Made by a program: the position numbers and the translations under genes
Part shown: positions 63,201 to 64,000 of the stretch, piece by piece
Numbering within the stretch: position 1 is the stretch's first letter
Layout of the letters: every line of letters begins with the position of its first letter
Source: Candidatus Omnitrophota bacterium
GTDB lineage: Bacteria; Omnitrophota; Gorgyraeia; Gygaellales; Profunditerraquicolaceae
DNA: 64,000 nucleotides
Direction of reading: 5' to 3'
NCBI GenBank assembly: GCA_963805065.1
Contig: CAWDSS010000010.1
Span: forward strand, 472,359 to 536,358
Notes under the pieces: model-generated
The model's database searches: none
The model's input: the letters and a program-made list of their open reading frames with translations, nothing else
What the model was told of the DNA's origin: nothing

Positions 63201-63999
63201 CATCAGTGGTGCCTAAGAATTTCACGCCTGCTAAGTCTGTGTAGAGTAAACGTACGGCATCCAGGCCGCCCTGCTGATTGAAGCTGGCAGCATTCTTGTA
63301 GCTATTGATGATATCCTGTAAGGTCAGGGCTGTATCTAAGGTGGTAGTGATCACAGCGCCGGTGTCGATGTCTACACCCTTGATGGAGGTCTTGCCGATG
63401 TTGGCCACGGCATCAAACACGATCTGCCTTAACACAGCGCTCTTGGTAGAGACGCCGATTTTCTCATCAGTGGTGCCTAAGAATTTCACGCCTGCTAAGT
63501 CTGTGTAGAGTAAACGTACGGCATCCAGGCCGCCCTGCTGATTGAAGCTGGCAGCATTCTTGTAGCTATTGATGATATCCTGTAAGGTCAGGGCTGTATC
63601 TAAGGTGGTAGTGATCACAGCGCCGGTGTCGATGTCTACACCCTTGATGGAGGTCTTGCCGATGTTGGCCACGGCATCAAACACGATCTGCCTTAACACA
63701 GCGCTCTTGGTAGAGACGCCGATTTTCTCATCAGTGGTGCCTAAGAATTTCACGCCTGCTAAGTCTGTGTAGAGTAAACGTACGGCATCCAGGCCGCCCT
63801 GCTGATTGAAGCTGGCAGCATTCTTGTAGCTATTGATGATATCCTGTAAGGTCAGGGCTGTATCTAAGGTGGTAGTGATCACAGCGCCGGTGTCGATGTC
63901 TACACCCTTGATGGAGGTCTTGCCGATGTTGGCCACGGCATCAAACACGATCTGCCTTAACACAGCGCTCTTGGTAGAGACGCCGATTTTCTCATCAGT
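1..63999 (-). CDS. Interior of a single giant ORF (21,333 codons in window, truncated at both ends). Multi-module, membrane-anchored mega-protein.
   Basis: In the frame whose codons start at plus-strand positions 1, 4, 7... I saw no TTA, CTA or TCA triplet (reverse complements of TAA, TAG, TGA) anywhere in the window. The same frame gives recognisable catalytic motifs from 0.3 kb to 44 kb and coherent repeats to 64 kb. The ORF track shows no long ORF on either strand, as expected if the real ORF has no ends in the window. Confidence 0.93.
286..942 (-). other. Class I SAM-dependent methyltransferase module (MTase I)
   Basis: Motif I-like ILEVSCGYGEL lies at about 697-729. It is followed by VTGYEIS, then FDAVISSRFFEGL and LTRVLKTRG. 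The module is bounded by junction motifs at 940/970 and 283/247. Confidence 0.8.
973..2025 (-). other. Unassigned module (about 350 aa)
   Basis: The stretch is stop-free and bounded by GSSPV (2023) and PSSPM (970). I could not recognise a family signature. Confidence 0.4.
2083..2904 (-). other. HAD-superfamily hydrolase module
   Basis: Motif I is LIFDVGNTLHD (about 2836-2868). Motif II is AIATNN. Motif IV is SIGDRPKVDIDTA (about 2345-2383), with a Lys-containing segment between. Junctions lie at 2902 and 2080. Confidence 0.75.
2905..3462 (-). other. P-loop NTPase or kinase-like module
   Basis: Walker A GRINVGKS lies at about 3341-3364, in the context FLGRINVGKSAIAAML. Junctions lie at 3460 and 2902. 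Confidence 0.55.
3463..4176 (-). other. Protein-kinase-like fold module (aminoglycoside-phosphotransferase or LanM-dehydratase-like catalytic loop)
   Basis: IGHTDISPENILFVEGGRLVPIDMECAF lies at about 3900-3983. It fits the HxDxxxxN catalytic loop followed by an xID metal-binding element. Confidence 0.45.
4177..5592 (-). other. Two unassigned modules (4177-4680 and 4681-5592)
   Basis: They are delimited by junctions at 5590 (TSSPV), 4678 (SGSPV) and 4174 (weak PSPTV). No signature was recognised. Confidence 0.35.
5593..7989 (-). other. Two TPR-containing modules (5593-6579 and 6580-7989)
   Basis: TPR-like helices lie at about 5720-6010 (LAKIYRKHGGNNRALDCLEEAI...AWKIKGDIYFYQDKDSQAWECYERWL). 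A second set lies at about 6690-7075 (YYSEQALKHYMEACEINP...AHANLGNVYSDKGFYQKAISHYKQA...AIEEFVKAVTID). Confidence 0.7.
7990..8599 (-). other. Possible GHKL (HATPase_c-like) segment following HD-GYP
   Basis: LAQLTKNGLEQG is N-box-like and VRIIIQDRGVGIDV is G1-box-like. The resemblance is weak. Confidence 0.3.
8600..9130 (-). other. HD-GYP domain (c-di-GMP phosphodiesterase family)
   Basis: AIEAKDPYTRGHTDRV lies at about 9073-9120. ADLHDIGKIGVPEQVLNKP lies at about 8944-9000. HHERYDGKGYPDGLKGEEIP lies at 8761-8820. Confidence 0.9.
9150..9669 (-). other. GAF-like sensor domain
   Basis: Translation is ATGAEYGSMFLFLEDNAKYLYCAAS...SLLYMPIKLKTRGLVMGVLELVNKKEGRFTEEDIKALGPIVQLGMAAIE. This is a typical GAF C-terminal pattern. 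It starts right after junction 9667 (ASSPT). Confidence 0.65.
9670..10428 (-). other. Unassigned module (about 250 aa)
   Basis: It is bounded by TSSPI (10426) and ASSPT (9667). No signature was recognised. Confidence 0.35.
10429..11403 (-). other. Polytopic membrane module (about 6 predicted TM helices)
   Basis: Hydrophobic stretches include TFVVPLLGVVSTFVLAQA, FAVSMLSSLFFVTIGGAIFALFL, ILVSLQVSLGAGIILSI, ISLGVGLLLVVFYEASLLPLLAWW, IVIGVALFPQFWFGYFMI and YFMISAILQVSSTFMIPLGYI. Confidence 0.7.
11404..14622 (-). other. Large alpha-helical repeat module (ARM/HEAT-like) with internal repeats of about 110 aa
   Basis: Related units recur: LYPELKGDVQATALYIARR (about 12430-12480), IYPQMQNDMQAAALFIAEQ (about 12775-12825), LLHPEKKGDSQALALLVAEK (about 13090-13150) and EAYPELKDKTCD (about 13290-13340). 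Confidence 0.55.
14716..16545 (-). other. Unassigned module (about 610 aa)
   Basis: It is bounded by ASSPM (16543) and AGSPI (14713). A Ser-rich tail (SSIQIASSSRSIMLAGASSSI) lies at about 14800-14880. Confidence 0.35.
16642..18627 (-). other. Five short, mostly helical or coiled-coil modules (42-240 aa each)
   Basis: They are delimited by junctions at 18625, 18208, 17992, 17866, 17362 and 16639. The sequence is rich in heptad-like E/K/L/Q stretches, for example KEVQDKLDVLKSGKYARSLSEQRKERLNQVDILLEDAQN. Confidence 0.5.
18628..21222 (-). other. Alpha-D-phosphohexomutase (phosphoglucomutase/phosphomannomutase family) module
   Basis: Four signatures appear in the canonical order. The Ser loop is YVTASHAIA (about 20651-20674). 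The metal loop is ITDPDGDRLV (about 19823-19852). The sugar loop is GEESGGE (19402-19422). The phosphate loop is IRPSGTEAK (about 18919-18945). Confidence 0.85.
21223..21849 (-). other. Unassigned helical module (about 210 aa)
   Basis: It is bounded by GSSPM (21847) and SSSPT (21220). Confidence 0.35.
21850..22095 (-). other. Small twin module B (about 80 aa), related to 26356-26583
   Basis: It contains DFLPWLVESLSAAALA, KGLFLFL and PSSVAGW. It is flanked by junctions on both sides (22093 and 21847). Confidence 0.6.
21915..22039 (-). repeat. Copies of a roughly 17-nt direct repeat (plus strand CCACCAGCCACGGAAGG)
   Basis: An exact copy lies at 22023-22039. A degenerate copy (CAACCTGCCACGGAAGA) lies at about 21915-21931. 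Confidence 0.8.
22096..23445 (-). other. Three unassigned modules (22096-22356, 22357-23064, 23065-23445)
   Basis: They are delimited by SSSPV (23443), TGSPL (23062), VSSPL (22354) and ISSPI (22093). They are mostly helical and no signature was recognised. Confidence 0.35.
23446..23880 (-). other. Minimal nucleotidyltransferase (Pol-beta fold, MNT-like) module
   Basis: VLVLGSYADGREKQGSDLDVSI lies at about 23701-23766. It fits the GS-x(9-10)-D-x-D signature. Confidence 0.8.
23881..24543 (-). other. Module with a recombinase/resolvase-type helix-turn-helix segment; no catalytic domain seen
   Basis: GKTSQQIVDKLNELGYKTRRGNPWTVKSIEHQVRNGRI lies at about 23935-24040. It resembles the IAxxLNxxGxxTxxGxxWxxxxV pattern of serine-recombinase accessory domains. 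Confidence 0.4.
24544..26355 (-). other. Polytopic membrane module with an HExxH motif (zinc-metalloprotease-like) and an internal duplication
   Basis: GIGVFFHELGHWLGSS has HELGH at 25948-25962, set among many hydrophobic helices. Duplicated units are LLLFLLGYKLQKTKSRLSVFLMAFSLGHYYIMNFM (about 25590-25690) and FLLFLIGYKLRKTRTYLSAFIIGLSLGHYYMMDFL (about 24793-24893). Confidence 0.6.
26356..26583 (-). other. Small twin module A (about 75 aa), related to 21850-22095
   Basis: It contains PSVAGGE, GGLFLV and DLPWLVAVVSAAAA. It is flanked by junctions at 26581 and 26353. Confidence 0.6.
26421..26523 (-). repeat. Two exact copies of the 17-nt repeat CCACCAGCCACGGAAGG, 86 nt apart, read in two different codon phases
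   Basis: The copy at 26421-26437 is translated as LPWLV. The copy at 26507-26523 is translated as PSVAGG. The start positions differ modulo 3. Confidence 0.85.
26584..27930 (-). other. Unassigned module (about 450 aa)
   Basis: It is bounded by TSSPI (27928) and SSSPL (26581). No signature was recognised. Confidence 0.35.
27931..30723 (-). other. Alpha-glucan (glycogen/maltodextrin) phosphorylase-like GT35 module
   Basis: The N-terminal VMAGGLGVLMPDL lies at about 30445-30483. The PLP-lysine region LEASATSIMKALVNAAV lies at about 28855-28905, comparable with the EASGTSxMK signature. The length of about 930 aa is appropriate for the family. Confidence 0.75.
30724..32565 (-). other. Glycogen/starch-synthase-like GT-B glycosyltransferase (GT5-like) module
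   Basis: AYHFNDWQTG is present. TTHNLEYQG lies at 31901-31927. IGRIVKQKG lies at about 31351-31377. DMPSIDEPGGLLDQEMA lies at about 31039-31089. ARGGLVDF is present. These occur in the canonical GlgA order. Confidence 0.8.
32566..33177 (-). other. 2H phosphoesterase (LigT / cyclic-phosphodiesterase-like) module
   Basis: There are two H-x-T-x motifs: NHVTIVGF (about 33010-33033) and PHATMGY (about 32741-32761). They are separated by about 90 aa within a module of about 200 aa. Confidence 0.6.
33178..34074 (-). other. Class I SAM-dependent methyltransferase module (MTase II)
   Basis: Motif I YLEIGPGVS lies at 33631-33657. It is followed by VVELSEK, FDLITAFSVIEHL and ILKPERFVFL. Confidence 0.8.
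34075..35037 (-). other. Module with 2 TM helices plus a soluble domain of unknown function
   Basis: The TM helices are VIAAVSLVVISISFYSLIF and LWLSTLLLAFIVGIVAIG, at about 34800-34930. Confidence 0.5.
35038..36051 (-). other. Class I SAM-dependent methyltransferase module with an N-terminal Cys4 zinc ribbon (MTase III)
   Basis: The zinc ribbon is CPLCKSG...CQRCRLVF. The motif I variant LLDVRAACGW lies at 35719-35748. FDIITLIDVLEHT and LLKDNGILI follow. Confidence 0.8.
36052..36933 (-). other. CCA-adding enzyme / poly(A) polymerase family nucleotidyltransferase head-domain module
   Basis: IVIIGGTIRDILFNLPVSDIDITV lies at about 36715-36786. It matches the GGxVRDxLLxxxxxDxD signature. Confidence 0.7.
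36934..39096 (-). other. Composite module: 3-4 TM helices, PBS-lyase-type HEAT repeats, then a long coiled coil
   Basis: The TM helices lie at about 38650-39090 (FLSAIPIGWRFALWISLPYIVPFVIFSVIYPI and others). The HEAT repeats lie at about 37870-38530 (NVRISAITVLRKLG, SNVRVDAALSLGELKDKKALEFLIRALKDSTWQVREAAVKSL, DLVVRKEAAIALGDLLDVEAVEPLIAAL). The coiled coil lies at about 36950-37560. Confidence 0.7.
39097..40026 (-). other. Possible phosphodiester glycosidase (DUF2233/NAGPA-like) module
   Basis: LAVNGHQSNFWE, AIGGPLLIENSE, FSAIGANKEGNIIILSMSG and GAKDAILLGSRLDVQ follow the order typical of that family. The assignment is by eye only. Confidence 0.35.
40027..40563 (-). other. Coiled-coil module (about 180 aa)
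   Basis: It shows heptad-like K/E/L/Q-rich sequence and is bounded by GSSPM (40561) and TSSPV (40024). Confidence 0.55.
40564..41364 (-). other. Unassigned module (about 265 aa)
   Basis: It is bounded by ATSPI (41362) and GSSPM (40561). Confidence 0.35.
41357..43504 (-). repeat. Perfect tandem duplication of a 1,068-bp (356-aa) module: 2 full copies plus a 12-nt third start
   Basis: 41357-42424 and 42425-43492 were identical wherever I compared them. The track ORFs 41700..41891 and 42768..42959 are also identical. Copies start at the junction codons (AAT GGG GCT, = SPI) at 41362, 42430 and 43498. Confidence 0.9.
43501..44508 (-). other. GNAT N-acetyltransferase domain followed by a beta-rich domain
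   Basis: The GNAT motif A, LYSTAVDNDYQGQGLGFKLHVELFRKLRKDG, has its core at 44224-44253. The module is bounded by ASSPT (44506) and VSSPI (43498). Confidence 0.7.
44509..44751 (-). other. Short module (about 80 aa) between junctions 44749 and 44506
   Basis: Translation is ADETQEKTIPAQDNANNTINSLALANILERIAHDRVHNIGKDLSGSAVVFQGTEQYLEARGLGNTALTRAQPEEFSASSPT. Confidence 0.4.
44752..46308 (-). other. Unassigned region with 2 TM helices at its N-terminal end
   Basis: The TM helices YILLLFSLLSLIGGCSTYDIVL and GLGLTLVTGILLAIVSDVV lie at about 46080-46215. The rest is a soluble region without a recognised signature. Confidence 0.4.
46309..48480 (-). repeat. Family of 87-aa (261-bp) helical repeats: about 2.6 identical units plus about 4 diverged units and one insertion
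   Basis: The unit is SYNEAKAKEMLYDWTKEAYKKVLENELVYLKVRAPDLAKANHAALKEIFALKAQKKDREASQKQTELTVALYTTQPDLAKEALLYKA. Identical DNA starts at 46309, 46570 and 46831. Diverged units lie at about 47700-48480. A non-repeat insert lies at about 47100-47700. Confidence 0.85.
48481..54891 (-). other. Junction-free mega-module of about 2,100 aa with several clusters of TM helices and large soluble loops; function unknown
   Basis: One TM cluster lies at about 52500-53540 (for example VLIGISAVLAAKYFMLGYVVAGINLIIPLVAQVL and FAITLLLAGPTLLIAALVGFIWVGI). Another lies at about 48960-50250 (for example LAVLITNVIFNIFAVVLPI and LIVSLVLGYYFLAGILGVWFIL). No SSP-type junction lies between 44749 and 54889. Confidence 0.55.
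55003..55059 (-). other. Single TM helix (candidate membrane anchor) followed by a basic stretch
   Basis: ILIATVFIVFSIVALASII is followed by KVVLNFIKLWKSKR. By the positive-inside rule, the downstream (lower-coordinate) part would be cytoplasmic. Confidence 0.65.
55080..61090 (-). other. Beta-rich, Tyr/Asp/Gly/Asn-rich region of about 2,000 aa, possibly extracytoplasmic (weak YD/RHS-like flavour)
   Basis: No junction motifs and no TM helices were seen here. Segments such as YEYGNNNWVYYDATHQ, KYENGHIYASVVNKYSYDDAY and LFLPDGRLLYSTEQTF recur. The family assignment is not secure. Confidence 0.35.
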
Positions 64000-64000
64000 G
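61090..64000 (-). repeat. 88-aa (264-bp) tandem repeat array: at least 10 identical units plus one degenerate terminal unit, continuing past the window end
   Basis: The unit is TLQDIINSYKNAASFNQQGGLDAVRLLYTDLAGVKFLGTTDEKIGVSTKSAVLRQIVFDAVANIGKTSIKGVDIDTGAVITTTLDTAL. DNA identity with period 264 runs from 61277 to 64000. Nine identical antisense shadow ORFs in the track, spaced 264 nt apart, confirm this. The degenerate unit lies at about 61090-61276. Confidence 0.95.

Noticed and set aside
517-63772. All plus-strand ORFs in the supplied track (60-200 aa), including 36314..36916 (200 aa) and 21956..22459 (167 aa)
   Set aside because: They lie antisense to the stop-free minus-strand frame, which carries strong domain signatures. 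Their translations are low-complexity, Ser/Leu/Phe-rich shadows with no recognisable motifs.
61457-63772. Nine identical 67-aa plus-strand ORFs spaced 264 nt apart (a possible multi-copy small gene family)
   Set aside because: They are antisense shadows of the 264-bp in-frame tandem repeat of the giant ORF.
61090-64000. CRISPR array as an explanation of the periodic region
   Set aside because: The units are contiguous 264-bp perfect repeats with no unique spacers. They are far longer than CRISPR repeats and they maintain the coding frame.
1-64000. Alternative genetic code or stop-codon recoding to explain the absence of long ORFs in the track
   Set aside because: The real frame contains no TAA, TAG or TGA at all, so no recoding is needed. 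The track simply omits ORFs lacking both ends in the window.
1-64000. Promoters, terminators, tRNA, rRNA or other ncRNA genes
   Set aside because: There is no intergenic space in the window. I saw no cloverleaf-like or rRNA-like sequence, and any promoter-like AT-rich hexamers inside coding sequence cannot be supported by eye.

Overview
The whole 64,000-nt window lies inside one uninterrupted reading frame on the minus strand. Codons occupy plus-strand positions 3k+1..3k+3, giving 21,333 sense codons with no start and no stop in the window. The ORF track misses this frame because it lists only ORFs that begin and end inside the window. Every ORF it does list is a short antisense or off-frame shadow. 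I read the frame codon by codon by eye (each 60-nt line starts in frame) and saw no in-frame stop.

Read from high to low coordinates, the giant protein contains:
- An 88-aa perfect tandem-repeat array, at least 10 copies, running off the window end (61.1-64.0 kb).
- A beta-rich region of about 2,000 aa, likely extracytoplasmic (55.1-61.1 kb).
- A single TM anchor (about 55.0 kb).
- A junction-free polytopic membrane mega-module of about 2,100 aa (48.5-54.9 kb).
- An 87-aa helical repeat family (46.3-48.5 kb).
- A train of about 50 discrete modules (0.2-44.8 kb).

Many of the train modules match families that normally occur as free-standing proteins:
- Three class I SAM methyltransferases, a HAD hydrolase, a P-loop module and a kinase-like module.
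- TPR and HEAT modules, and GAF plus HD-GYP.
- Phosphohexomutase, alpha-glucan phosphorylase (GT35) and glycogen-synthase-like GT5.
- A 2H phosphoesterase, a minimal nucleotidyltransferase and a CCA/poly(A)-polymerase-type nucleotidyltransferase.
- A GNAT and a membrane HExxH metalloprotease-like module.

The modules are punctuated by a recurrent junction motif, small-S-P-[M/V/I/L/T/A], counted 52 times. It sits at the edges of the recognisable domains, and a perfect 1,068-bp module duplication is bounded by it.

No RNA genes, CRISPR, intergenic regulatory regions or autonomous mobile elements were seen. Taxon cannot be assigned from the window; the DNA is AT-rich by eye. All calls come from manual translation and motif recognition and need computational confirmation.
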